From: a virus
Lineage: Duplodnaviria > Caudoviricetes
Length of the DNA stretch: 51,048 bases
Strand: one strand, 5' to 3'
Virus record (IMG/VR): IMGVR_UViG_3300005099_000077
Coordinates: 1-51,048 of that record
Shown: positions 8,409 through 16,490 of the stretch, in pieces
How positions within the stretch are numbered: position 1 is the first letter of the stretch
Layout of the letters: the number at the start of each line of letters is the position of its first letter
The notes under the pieces: model-generated
Seen by the model: only the letters and a program-made list of their open reading frames with translations
Told to the model about the DNA's origin: nothing
Databases searched by the model: none
Position numbers and translations under genes: made by a program

Positions 8409-8489
8409 TTAGTCACCCAGGGGCGGGCAATCCTCCCGCTTGTATTCGGCCTCCAGGTCTTCCCAGGTCTCCACATCCTTCTCTGGCAT
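8409..8489 (-). CDS. 26-aa acidic peptide (MPEKDVETWEDLEAEYKREDCPPLGD)
   Basis: RBS GGAGGT, fills the gap after 8493..8678, followed by a GC hairpin at 8385-8403. Confidence 0.5.
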   Translation of the reverse strand: MPEKDVETWEDLEAEYKREDCPPLGD

Positions 8490-8492
8490 CGC

Positions 8493-8678
8493 CTACCTCC
8501 CTTTCAAGCAGGTGAGCATCTTGAGTTGTTCGGGCGTTAAATCAGTTTGCCAGTTATCAGGCAAGTTTCCGCCCGCATAGTCAGCAGCGATTATAAAAAC
8601 GAGGCGGGCCGTTTCTTTGTCGCAGCCCGTTAGGGACTGAATTAACGCCAAACAATCGGCTATATCGTTCCACGTCAT
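8493..8678 (-). CDS. Hypothetical early protein
   Basis: 61-aa ORF with RBS AGGAGGT. Confidence 0.7.
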   Translation of the reverse strand: MTWNDIADCLALIQSLTGCDKETARLVFIIAADYAGGNLPDNWQTDLTPEQLKMLTCLKGR

Positions 8679-8684
8679 TTTGCC

Positions 8685-9035
8685 TTACCTCCTTCTGGCA
8701 ACATACGCCGCCAACCTTCGGGCGCTTCCCCAGGCCATCTCCTCCAACGTCATTCCAGGCCGATAATACTTTCGGCCCCGCTTTGACTTGTAGAACGCTT
8801 TGCACTTTTCGGGATGAGCCATCAGGTCTATATACTGGATTGCCGCAAAGATATTGAATGCACTCCAGACGCCCTCAAGGTCGGCCTTTACCAGGTCATA
8901 GAGGGCGCTTTTGCGCGCCCGCTTGTGGCGGTCAATAGCCGCCTGAACGTCCTCGATTAGGCCAGCAGGCGGCAAGCCTTCGTTTGCCTTCTTTGCCTGT
9001 AAATGCCTGAGATATAACTCCTTCGCCCAACTCAT
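8685..9035 (-). CDS. Hypothetical early protein
   Basis: 116-aa ORF with RBS AGGAGGG. Confidence 0.75.
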   Translation of the reverse strand: MSWAKELYLRHLQAKKANEGLPPAGLIEDVQAAIDRHKRARKSALYDLVKADLEGVWSAFNIFAAIQYIDLMAHPEKCKAFYKSKRGRKYYRPGMTLEEMAWGSARRLAAYVARRR

Positions 9036-9046
9036 CGCTTGCCCTC

Positions 9047-9334
9047 CTATACGAACATTAAACTGGCCTGATGAACGGTCAGCAAAACGCTTTCCTGATT
9101 GTTCAGCCGCTTAATGTCAGCGGCCAGTTGGCGCGCGGTCTCAAGCGCGCGGTCTACATCCCCCGTGTCAGTCACCAAAATCTCAATGCCCAGGGAATTC
9201 TCCTGGCCACCCATCCAGCAGCCCGCCGCTTCATAGACGGTGAAGCCATCAGGAAAAGCGCCCGCCGCTAGGCGGATAACCTTGTCCTTGTTCAGGTTTT
9301 CGGTATACAGGCGAATGCAAATAGCCTTTTCCAT
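9047..9334 (-). CDS. Probable SAM lyase / DUF3574-like PII-fold protein
   Basis: FPDGFTVYEAAGCWMGGQENSLGIEI...LAADIKRLNNQESVLL; start MEKA behind GGAGGGAGGG. Confidence 0.6.
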   Translation of the reverse strand: MEKAICIRLYTENLNKDKVIRLAAGAFPDGFTVYEAAGCWMGGQENSLGIEILVTDTGDVDRALETARQLAADIKRLNNQESVLLTVHQASLMFV

Positions 9335-9416
9335 TTTGCCCTCCCTCCATTTTAAGATTGTCTGCAAACCAAAGAGGCGGGCGGTTAGCCCGCCGCTTTC
9401 CGTTTGCAGGCAACCC

Positions 9417-9623
9417 CTAACCGTTGGGCCACGTAAAGCCGTAGGCTTTGGCCCGGACGTAGAGGGCAACCTTGCCGCCGTTGGCGCGGGCAATCAGGGC
9501 CAGCTTCTCCAAAAGCTTCTCCTCCGCCGCCGTCTCTACGGTATGAACCACCTTGTTATCCCGCCCCACCAACACGGTCTTGCCATTCCTGTTCTTAACG
9601 TCCAGCCTTAGCGCCCTGGCCAT
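9417..9623 (-). CDS. Small basic hypothetical protein
   Basis: ORF with RBS AAGGAGGTG. Confidence 0.7.
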   Translation of the reverse strand: MARALRLDVKNRNGKTVLVGRDNKVVHTVETAAEEKLLEKLALIARANGGKVALYVRAKAYGFTWPNG

Positions 9624-9755
9624 CCCCGTCACCTCCTTTCCGTCTACACTTAGAGCATACGCCCCATACCGCTTCCTTCGGGCTTAACTTTCGGCCACAA
9701 TTTTGACAATGTGGCGTTCGATTTTTGCCCTTGATTTTGATTGTCTTTTTCCCCA

Positions 9756-10310
9756 TCATCCCTCCAGTCTCAAGTCTACTACAAGCTCATTGGGCGGTGT
9801 ATCGGCAAACCATTCGCCATCCTCCCACTTTGGCGTATAGCCACATAAGGCTACAATCCCGTTTGCCAGCCCTTCCGGGTCGCCAAATCTCAGGTATGGC
9901 GGTATCTTGTTTCTTAAGACGGTCAAAGTCAAATGGTGTCCAATTTCGTGCAACCAAATTGGGACTAGCATCCCCGGCCTATGCTTCATCACGTTTGGCA
10001 AGTAGATTTTGAACAGGGCAAATCTTTCGTCTGAGGCCAGCCAGTTGTAGCAGGCCACCCTGTGTGGATTTTCATCACATCGTTTGGTCACAATGTCCAG
10101 CCGATAACCCCATCCCGCCGCCGAAGGAAACTTTTGTTCGATTAACCTCATTGCCTCATCGAATGCCTCTTTGATTATATCCGGCCAGCGGTTTGAGCTT
10201 ATCGCGTCTTGCCAAAACGCCGCAATCTCTTCGGCCTCTTCCCTTAATCTTTTCTCTTTTGTGTTAACCCAACTAGGCCATTGGCCTTTGCGTTTGCGTC
10301 GCCTGGACAT
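9756..10310 (-). CDS. HEXXH zinc metallopeptidase-like protein (ImmA/IrrE-like)
   Basis: WLHEIGHH followed by a downstream E..AN helix; start MSRRR after promoter copy B. Confidence 0.55.
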   Translation of the reverse strand: MSRRRKRKGQWPSWVNTKEKRLREEAEEIAAFWQDAISSNRWPDIIKEAFDEAMRLIEQKFPSAAGWGYRLDIVTKRCDENPHRVACYNWLASDERFALFKIYLPNVMKHRPGMLVPIWLHEIGHHLTLTVLRNKIPPYLRFGDPEGLANGIVALCGYTPKWEDGEWFADTPPNELVVDLRLEG

Positions 10311-10322
10311 AGCAATGCCCTC

Positions 10323-10361
10323 CATATATTAGGCAACAAATGCGACATAGAATTGACATAA
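10323..10361 (-). promoter_or_regulatory. Repeated 39-bp early-region promoter-like motif, copy B
   Basis: Same motif as 8338-8376; followed directly by an RBS. Confidence 0.8.
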
Positions 10362-10450
10362 CGCTAGGGCCTAAATACCACATAGAACACGCCTGTCACC
10401 AATGCCCAAAGGCCAAAGACAAAGAGCAATGCCATCGCTTTCACCTCCTT

Positions 10451-10756
10451 TCAGTCAAGTAATCCCTTGTGTGTCCAGGCCAGCCAATGCAGCCAAACCG
10501 TCCCCGCGAAAGCGGCCTTTTCCTTGTCGCTTAAATCGGCAATCCATTCCCCATCCCGGTCGCCCCAATAGACGGAAACGTAGTTGCGGCCTTTATAGTG
10601 TGGCGGCAAGACAACGCCGCCGCTTCGCCATTTCACTTCGCCCGTCCAGGTATCCGGCAAGCTTTCGGCTACAACTAAAGCGGCCTTGTTGACGGTCTCA
10701 TAATGTTCATAATCGGCATTGTCGCCTAACCTAATCCAGACATATCGCTTGTCCAT
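10451..10756 (-). CDS. Hypothetical early protein
   Basis: ORF 10451..10771; start MDKRY behind GGAGGTG. Confidence 0.75.
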   Translation of the reverse strand: MDKRYVWIRLGDNADYEHYETVNKAALVVAESLPDTWTGEVKWRSGGVVLPPHYKGRNYVSVYWGDRDGEWIADLSDKEKAAFAGTVWLHWLAWTHKGLLD

Positions 10757-10849
10757 TCTAGTCACCTCCATTATACTTTCGGTATATCGCGTATCCGATT
10801 AACCAGAACACAATCCACTTTGTTATGTAAACAATCCACTTTATCATCC

Positions 10850-11113
10850 TTAACCCTCTTCCTCAAACGCTTCCCTGCAAACGTCGCCATCATCAGTGCA
10901 GGCATAGAACTGCACCCAAACGTTATCGTCTACATCGTAAAGCTTTTCCTCGATTGTCTCTAACATTGGTGTCACAATGTGGCCTTCTTCTGTATATTCT
11001 TCTAACACGGTGTCCAGATATTCTAATGCCGCGTCTTCATCGAGAAAGGCCACATTGTCTTCTGGTAAACATCCGTAAAATCCCCAGGCCACGTGATAAT
11101 GTAGAGGCAACAT
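10850..11113 (-). CDS. Highly acidic small protein (possible DNA mimic)
   Basis: 87 aa, very D/E-rich; RBS GGAGGGGG. Confidence 0.7.
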   Translation of the reverse strand: MLPLHYHVAWGFYGCLPEDNVAFLDEDAALEYLDTVLEEYTEEGHIVTPMLETIEEKLYDVDDNVWVQFYACTDDGDVCREAFEEEG

Positions 11114-11114
11114 T

Positions 11115-11351
11115 TTACCCCCTCCCCTTTACATAATCTAACGTGATTTTAATCCAGGCCAACAGAAAGTTTACCGTGATTAGGCCAACTATGATATTGC
11201 GCAATACGCCAACACCAGTATAAAGCAAGTAGGATTTTACGCCAATAGCATAGCATTGGCCTATATATGTGCTGGATTGCGCAATTGCTAGCGTCAACAG
11301 CCAGCCCTGGATTAAAGCTTTGTGTTCTGGTATAAGCTTTGGCCTTTTCAT
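11115..11351 (-). CDS. Small membrane protein
   Basis: Two hydrophobic segments; ATGA overlap. Confidence 0.65.
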   Translation of the reverse strand: MKRPKLIPEHKALIQGWLLTLAIAQSSTYIGQCYAIGVKSYLLYTGVGVLRNIIVGLITVNFLLAWIKITLDYVKGRG

Positions 11352-11716
11352 AAGTTTACCTCAACTAATCCTAAATCTATCGCTTTCTTTACAACCGGCG
11401 CGCGTTCTTTAATAAATCGTTCTAATCGTCTAGACGCCGCCCTATATTCTTTATACTCTCCAGTAAAGTAGCCGCCATTATATGCGTTTATAGTTGTAAT
11501 TGCGTCTAGTATATCCTTTGGAATTATGCCCTGTTTTACCAGTTGTCTAACTGTGCTTTCGGCATCGCTTATAAACGCATTGCGACAAGGTGGGAATTTA
11601 TTAGACGTTTGTTCATAGCGTTCAATTAACTCATCTAGAGACAACACACGTTTACCATTTACACGTTCAGGCAAGTCAATAGTTGGCAAACCGTAAAGCT
11701 TATCATAGTTGGACAT
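11348..11716 (-). CDS. Hypothetical early protein
   Basis: 122-aa ORF with RBS GGAGGT. Confidence 0.75.
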   Translation of the reverse strand: MSNYDKLYGLPTIDLPERVNGKRVLSLDELIERYEQTSNKFPPCRNAFISDAESTVRQLVKQGIIPKDILDAITTINAYNGGYFTGEYKEYRAASRRLERFIKERAPVVKKAIDLGLVEVNL

Positions 11717-11718
11717 TG

Positions 11719-12228
11719 TTACCTCCAGCTTGTTATCTCTACTTTAGAATATTGGCCTTTGTTTCCTATGGTCAAGGTGGTCAAAGGCAATCCCATCCTA
11801 AAATATCTAGGATTAACGTTTCCATTGTTTGCTTTCCAGTATTCTACATAGGCGTAAAATACAATCAACCCTTGAGGCCAACCTTGCTTTGCATATTTAA
11901 GTATAATGGTGGCCTTTTTGACTGTCCTGCTATTGCTGGTCTCAATAGCGTTTTCTAAATAGCGTCTTGCTGATACATAAGTCGCAAAGGCGACAAGCTT
12001 GTAGCTACCGGTTTGCTGTTGTCTAGCCTTTTCGACTTTCCAGCTTGTTGGCCTATGCTGGTCGAAAACTTTGGCCTTGATTATAACGTGTGCTCTACCG
12101 GATTTAACCGGTTTGCCGGTCTTTGTTGGGACGCTATTCTTTAATCCTTTGGCAATCCTTAGCGACGTGATACCAGCAAGCTTTTGCTTTCTAACTGGTC
12201 TATTGTTGCCTGGTATACGTGTAGACAT
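11719..12228 (-). CDS. Basic hypothetical early protein
   Basis: 169-aa K/R-rich ORF; RBS AAGGAGGT after promoter copy C. Confidence 0.75.
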   Translation of the reverse strand: MSTRIPGNNRPVRKQKLAGITSLRIAKGLKNSVPTKTGKPVKSGRAHVIIKAKVFDQHRPTSWKVEKARQQQTGSYKLVAFATYVSARRYLENAIETSNSRTVKKATIILKYAKQGWPQGLIVFYAYVEYWKANNGNVNPRYFRMGLPLTTLTIGNKGQYSKVEITSWR

Positions 12229-12241
12229 AGCAACCTCCTTT

Positions 12242-12280
12242 CATATATTAGGCAAAAAATGCGACACAGAGTTAACATAA
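12242..12280 (-). promoter_or_regulatory. Repeated 39-bp early-region promoter-like motif, copy C
   Basis: Same motif as 8338-8376. Confidence 0.8.
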
Positions 12281-12673
12281 CTGATAAGCTTTCGCTATAT
12301 CAGTTAGCTGACAATTGTATTGGCCTTGTCTTAACGTTTTGTGATTATCGTCTTTGGCGTTATGCCAAACGGTTATAACGGTTATGCCCTTTTCGCTTGC
12401 CTCTATTGCTATACAGGTAACACCATAGCGATAACAATAGCGCAAAGCTTTGCCTCCATTATTATGAACCTCAAAAAGGTAACCTCTTGTTATCGCTTTC
12501 TTTACCATTCCCTTGTTAACTTTCTTCTTTAGACGTTTAAGCTTGCTTTCGCTATGGTCAATATAGTTAACGCCAAAAGCTTTTAATAGCGCAATATGCT
12601 TTTGCTGAAGTTTAGAGGCAAGTATTAAATCTTGTTTATTCCATCTAGTTATATGCGTTCTTAAGCTTAACAT
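12272..12673 (-). CDS. First early gene; phage protein with VITVWxNxxxDxHxTL motif
   Basis: 133-aa ORF, RBS AAGGAGGT, downstream of a consensus sigma70 promoter. Confidence 0.75.
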   Translation of the reverse strand: MLSLRTHITRWNKQDLILASKLQQKHIALLKAFGVNYIDHSESKLKRLKKKVNKGMVKKAITRGYLFEVHNNGGKALRYCYRYGVTCIAIEASEKGITVITVWHNAKDDNHKTLRQGQYNCQLTDIAKAYQLC

Positions 12674-12729
12674 AATTCTAACCTCCTTTCATAGAGACAA
12701 GGCGCGCCTTTTCCATTTTGCGCGCCTTT

Positions 12730-12758
12730 ATTATAGCGCGTTTGTTTTGCCTTGTCAA
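12730..12758 (-). promoter_or_regulatory. Consensus sigma70/sigmaA early promoter
   Basis: TTGACA-17 nt-TATAAT, perfect match on the minus strand. Confidence 0.9.
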
Positions 12759-12907
12759 GTGAAAAATGCCGTTTTTGGGCAAATTTATACTAAATCGTAT
12801 GAATACGGTTGACGTTTGTTTTGTGCTTTGCGCTATGTCCTGGCTTTGTTTACCATACCGATTATATATCACCTAAAACGATTTAGTTATTTATGCGCCT
12901 TTGGTCT

Positions 12908-13001
12908 TTTGGCCTCTTTGTGTGACAAGCTTAGCATAGCAAGCTTTGGCCTTTCGCCCTTGTCTTTGGCCTTGTCAAGCTTGTCACACAAAAAGGCCAA
13001 A
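12908..13001. repeat. 25-bp inverted repeat containing TTTGTGTGAC motifs
   Basis: 12908-12932 vs 12977-13001, one mismatch. Confidence 0.85.
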
Positions 13002-13505
13002 GTCTAGGCCAAAGCAAAACAAGCTTGACAAAGGCAAGGCCAACACATAGCGCCCTTTTGTGTGACAAAGCACACAGAACACGGTCGAGCTTTCCCTTTC
13101 CCCCTAGGCCAAAGTCTAGCACAGCACAGCATTGGCGCGCCTTGTCTTGCCTTGACTTGCCTGCATCACGTCATCGCCATAGCCACCCCCGGCCTCCTCC
13201 GCCCCTCCTGCGTTGGCGAGCGAGCGGCGATGATGGGGGGTGATGGCGCTGGCGATGGTGATGGTGGGACGATTGTTCAGGCCAAAGTTGGGTGGAAATT
13301 GGCCCAATCTAGGGCAAGTCGCTGAAAAAGCGTGCCCAATTTTGGGGAAATATCCACAAAACGGAGGGCAATTTTGCAGAAGAAAAAGAAAAGCAAGTGC
13401 CCGTTTTGTGTGACACGCAAACAAGGACGGGCCACTTAGCAAGCTATGCAAGTTTTCAAAGCAAGACTTTCATAGCTTTCAAAATTACTAAACAAAATCT
13501 AAGTT

Positions 13506-13860
13506 GCAGGCGAAGTCCCGAAGATGAGGGGCGGCAGCCCCGTCTCACAGAGGGACTTCGCCTGCCAAACAAGCAAATTCGTCACTTATGTCTACTCTTT
13601 GCTTGACATAAAATGACGAATAATGGAGGGAATAGTGGAGATATGAATATCTCGCCTAGGTGGGCGGGCGAGATGCGGTTAGCGTGCAATCACGCCCGCG
13701 ATTCGGCTGCCGCCTCAGTCGCGGGCGTGATGCTATGCAAGAAGTCAAGTGTTAGCAGAATCTCGCCCGCCCACCCATCCGCGCGATGAATGAATATGAA
13801 GCGCGCGGATTGACAAGCATCCGCGCCGCACCGAATTAAGTGCTGCGCGGCGCGGATGAC
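13506..13860. repeat. Cluster of perfect GC-rich inverted repeats in the divergent control region
   Basis: GCAGGCGAAGTCCC/GGGACTTCGCCTGC; GGTGGGCGGGCGAGAT/ATCTCGCCCGCCCACC; ATCACGCCCGCGA/TCGCGGGCGTGAT; CATCCGCGCCGC/GCGGCGCGGATG. Confidence 0.85.
13603..13641 (+). promoter_or_regulatory. Promoter-like motif TTGACATAAA-N11-TGGAGGGAATAGTGGAGA, copy 2 (candidate late promoter)
   Basis: Matches 1819-1857; points into the structural operon. Confidence 0.7.
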
Positions 13861-13963
13861 ATTCGAGGGGGCAAGACCGCCGAAGTCTACCCAAGTCACG
13901 GTGCAAGTCACACAAAGGGCGCAAGACATCGGCGGCAGTCGCAACTCAAGGGGGAGGGAACAA

Positions 13964-14149
13964 GTGGCGGGAATTTTGCAGTTTTTATGGTGTCGCATAC
14001 TTGGGCCAATCTTCTTCTGCCTATTCATTGCTAGCTGGCCATTCATCCTCTCTCTAGCATTTGAGATTATAAGGGGCGCGGCGCGAAACGAGATTGGGCC
14101 GCAAAGCCCCGATGACCCGTATGAATTTTACGGGGGCGAGTTCACGTGA
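13964..14149 (+). CDS. Small membrane protein (holin-like position)
   Basis: GTG start behind GGGAGGG; hydrophobic segment ILGPIFFCLFIASWPFILSLAF; GTGA overlap with the glycosidase. Confidence 0.55.
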   Translation: MAGILQFLWCRILGPIFFCLFIASWPFILSLAFEIIRGAARNEIGPQSPDDPYEFYGGEFT

Positions 14150-15204
14150 GGAAGAGTAAGTTAGGTGTTCAGGCTTTGGCCGTTGATGCCAAGGCGCTTT
14201 CGTGGGTTAGGGACGTTCGCCCGCGAATTTTCAAAATCGTTATCGTCAGCGACAAGGACTTCACCGATTGGGATATTCCTGACGATGTTTTCCTTATTGC
14301 CCGCTATTATGGCCAGGGCGACGTAGACTATTGGGACTGGACAAAGGGCAATGCCCGGACGCTGGCGGCGAAGATGGCCGAACTCTCCAGACTGCACGGC
14401 GGGCGCATAGATGCCTGGGAGTGCATTAACGAGCCGGTGGTTGGTTCGATAGCCTCGATGAAGCGGCTGGCGCGTTTTGAGAAGATTTGGGCGGAGGCGA
14501 TGCACGAATACGGGCTGCGAACCATCGTGGGCAATTTCGCCGTCGGCAATCCGGCAGACATTGGCTTGATGCAGTATTTCGCCCCGGCCATTGAGGTTGC
14601 AGATTATTTTGGCTATCACGGTTATGGCTGTCCCAAGGCCGTCGGCGACGAGTGGACGACTTTCCGCTATCGGAAGCTTCTAGAGGCTGCGGGGGTAGAG
14701 AAGCCGGTCATCCTAACGGAGTGCGGGGTAGATTGCGGCGGCCCATACAAGGGCTATCGCAAATATTGGACAGATGACGAGTATGCCCTGCAACTCATCA
14801 ATCTCGACCGGGCGCTTATGAACGACCCCAAGGTGTTTGCCGCGTGCGTATATTGCTACGGGACGTTCGACCGCAAATGGGCTTCCTTCGACTTAAGCGC
14901 GCACGTAGCGATGGCGCTGGGTGACCACATTAAAGCATTGGGAGATACGATGCCTGGATTCAATTACGCGAAGTTAGAGCACGACCTGCGAAATTGGGCG
15001 TGGAATAATCTCCCCTGGGGTAAAATTCCATACAATCCCAACGCAGCCTTGGCGAAGGCCGCCATTCGGCACGGCCTGGGAATGCCGTTAACCGGCGAGA
15101 TAAGGAAGACCGAACAAGGTCGCAGGATTGTTTACCAGGTTTTCGTTCTTGGCATAGCCTGGTGCTTTGAGGGCGATTACGCCAACGTTCACATCATTCG
15201 TTAA
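14146..15204 (+). CDS. Clan GH-A TIM-barrel glycoside hydrolase with C-terminal binding domain (candidate endolysin)
   Basis: WECINEP acid/base, YHGY, KPVILTECG nucleophile; C-terminal GLGMPLTGE..YQVF..G module. Confidence 0.7.
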   Translation: MRKSKLGVQALAVDAKALSWVRDVRPRIFKIVIVSDKDFTDWDIPDDVFLIARYYGQGDVDYWDWTKGNARTLAAKMAELSRLHGGRIDAWECINEPVVGSIASMKRLARFEKIWAEAMHEYGLRTIVGNFAVGNPADIGLMQYFAPAIEVADYFGYHGYGCPKAVGDEWTTFRYRKLLEAAGVEKPVILTECGVDCGGPYKGYRKYWTDDEYALQLINLDRALMNDPKVFAACVYCYGTFDRKWASFDLSAHVAMALGDHIKALGDTMPGFNYAKLEHDLRNWAWNNLPWGKIPYNPNAALAKAAIRHGLGMPLTGEIRKTEQGRRIVYQVFVLGIAWCFEGDYANVHIIR

Positions 15205-15244
15205 TACTCCCCGGCGATGCTTGCGTTGTCGGGCTTTTATTCAA

Positions 15245-15808
15245 ATGGGTAAAGCAGCAAAAGCAATTGTCCCCCTTGACGAAACAATGGATTTGGCTGC
15301 CCTAACCCCGGCGCAACGACTTTTCCTTTTCTACTACGCCCAATGTCCTGATTTGGAGTGGGCAGCCGAACAAGCGGGGGTTTCCCCGGCGACGGTCAAG
15401 TATACTTGGTCGAAGAATGCCCTGTTCAAAGCGTGGTGGGACAGGGTTGTTCGGACTGAGGTAACTGACCTCATCAAGGCTAAGGCAAGGGAGGAAGCAG
15501 CCCGGTCGCTGGCGCGGCTGATTGAGTTACGCGACCAGGACGAGAACAAGCGCGTAGCATTGGCAGCGGCGAAACTTCTCTTGCAGGCGATGGCCGACCC
15601 GACTTTCCAGAACAAGATGGAGATTACCAAGGACGTGGGGGCCAACTGGATGCGCGTTTTCAAGACCATTTCCCCCGCGCTGGAAGCTGTGGCGAAAGGG
15701 GAGATAGTAGATGCGGCAGATTGGCAATTGCTCGAAGATTCGGGTGTGTCCGAAGTGTCACAGGTTCACGACGAGGAAGATATGCCCGATGTGCAAGGGG
15801 AAGACTGA
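15245..15808 (+). CDS. terS: Terminase small subunit
   Basis: LTPAQRLF..Y......AAEQAGVS HTH; RVALAAAKLLL helix; upstream of TerL. Confidence 0.7.
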   Translation: MGKAAKAIVPLDETMDLAALTPAQRLFLFYYAQCPDLEWAAEQAGVSPATVKYTWSKNALFKAWWDRVVRTEVTDLIKAKAREEAARSLARLIELRDQDENKRVALAAAKLLLQAMADPTFQNKMEITKDVGANWMRVFKTISPALEAVAKGEIVDAADWQLLEDSGVSEVSQVHDEEDMPDVQGED

Positions 15809-15978
15809 TGCCTATCAACCAGTCATTGATGAGGGCGCTGAAGCGAAGATACGGCAAGAAGAAAGGTGAAAGAATTTACTATGCGATGGAGGCCAAAGGC
15901 CATCCCGCAACCAAGCCCGCTGCTGTGCGCAAGTCTCGCCGGAAGAAGCGGCGCAAAGCACGACGCAAGAGGAGGTAG
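15808..15978 (+). CDS. Small highly basic protein (56 aa)
   Basis: MPINQSLMRALKRRYGKKKGERIYYAM...RKSRRKKRRKARRKRR; TGATG coupling with terS. Confidence 0.75.
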   Translation: MPINQSLMRALKRRYGKKKGERIYYAMEAKGHPATKPAAVRKSRRKKRRKARRKRR

Positions 15979-16040
15979 TTTAACTGGTAGAATACTGCTC
16001 TCCAAAAGCAGTGGTGCAGGTTCAACTCCTGCCCTCCTTG
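15969..16040 (+). tRNA. trnW: tRNA-Trp (CCA)
   Basis: Full cloverleaf: GAGGAGG/CCTCCTT, anticodon arm CTGCT-CTCCAAA-AGCAG, GCAGG-TTCAACT-CCTGC, discriminator G. Confidence 0.93.
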
Positions 16041-16043
16041 CCT

Positions 16044-16114
16044 GGGGGAGTAGCATAATGGGAGTGCAGCGGCTTTGCACGCCGCAGGTATGGGTTCGAT
16101 TCCCTTCTCCTCCA
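16044..16114 (+). tRNA. trnA: tRNA-Ala (UGC)
   Basis: GGGGGAG/CTCCTCC with G3:U70, GCGGC-TTTGCAC-GCCGC, TTCGATT loop, discriminator A; one T-stem mismatch. Confidence 0.93.
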
Positions 16115-16154
16115 CCTGGCGGGATGGTCGGAGATGACAGATTGGAGGTGACGT

Positions 16155-16481
16155 ATGGCCGAATTACACAAAACGGATGGAAGCTATGCCTGGACGCGAA
16201 CATTCCCATATCCCGCCCGATGCAGCGGCTTGAAGAGTGCAGATGCTACCATCAAGTCGGGCAAGACCGTGTTGGCAGCGGTATTGGTCTTAACCGATGG
16301 CAGTAATGATGCAACTTTGACCATTTATGACAATACTTCTGCTAGCGGCACAAAATTGCTTGAGGTGACCGTCCCCGCAGCCGACCGCTATGCCCTCTTC
16401 CCGCTGTGGGTTCGGGCCAACAACGGACTATACGCGGACATTTCAGGCACCGGTGCGCAGTATATCGTCTACTACGTGTAG
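16155..16481 (+). CDS. Small beta-rich virion protein (paralog of 32358..32690)
   Basis: ATLTIYDNTSASGT...ANNGLY matches ATLKIYDATSITGT...FANGLL. Confidence 0.7.
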   Translation: MAELHKTDGSYAWTRTFPYPARCSGLKSADATIKSGKTVLAAVLVLTDGSNDATLTIYDNTSASGTKLLEVTVPAADRYALFPLWVRANNGLYADISGTGAQYIVYYV

Positions 16482-16490
16482 GGAGGGGAG

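Noticed and set aside
12880-13420. CRISPR mini-array
   Set aside because: Repeats are about 10 bp, irregularly spaced and in both orientations; the Cas4-like gene sits in a normal replication context
12678-13960. Short ORFs called in the control region
   Set aside because: No convincing RBS, low-complexity translations and overlap with repeats and hairpins
15969-16114. tRNAs as attP for integration
   Set aside because: No integrase or recombinase is recognisable in the genome
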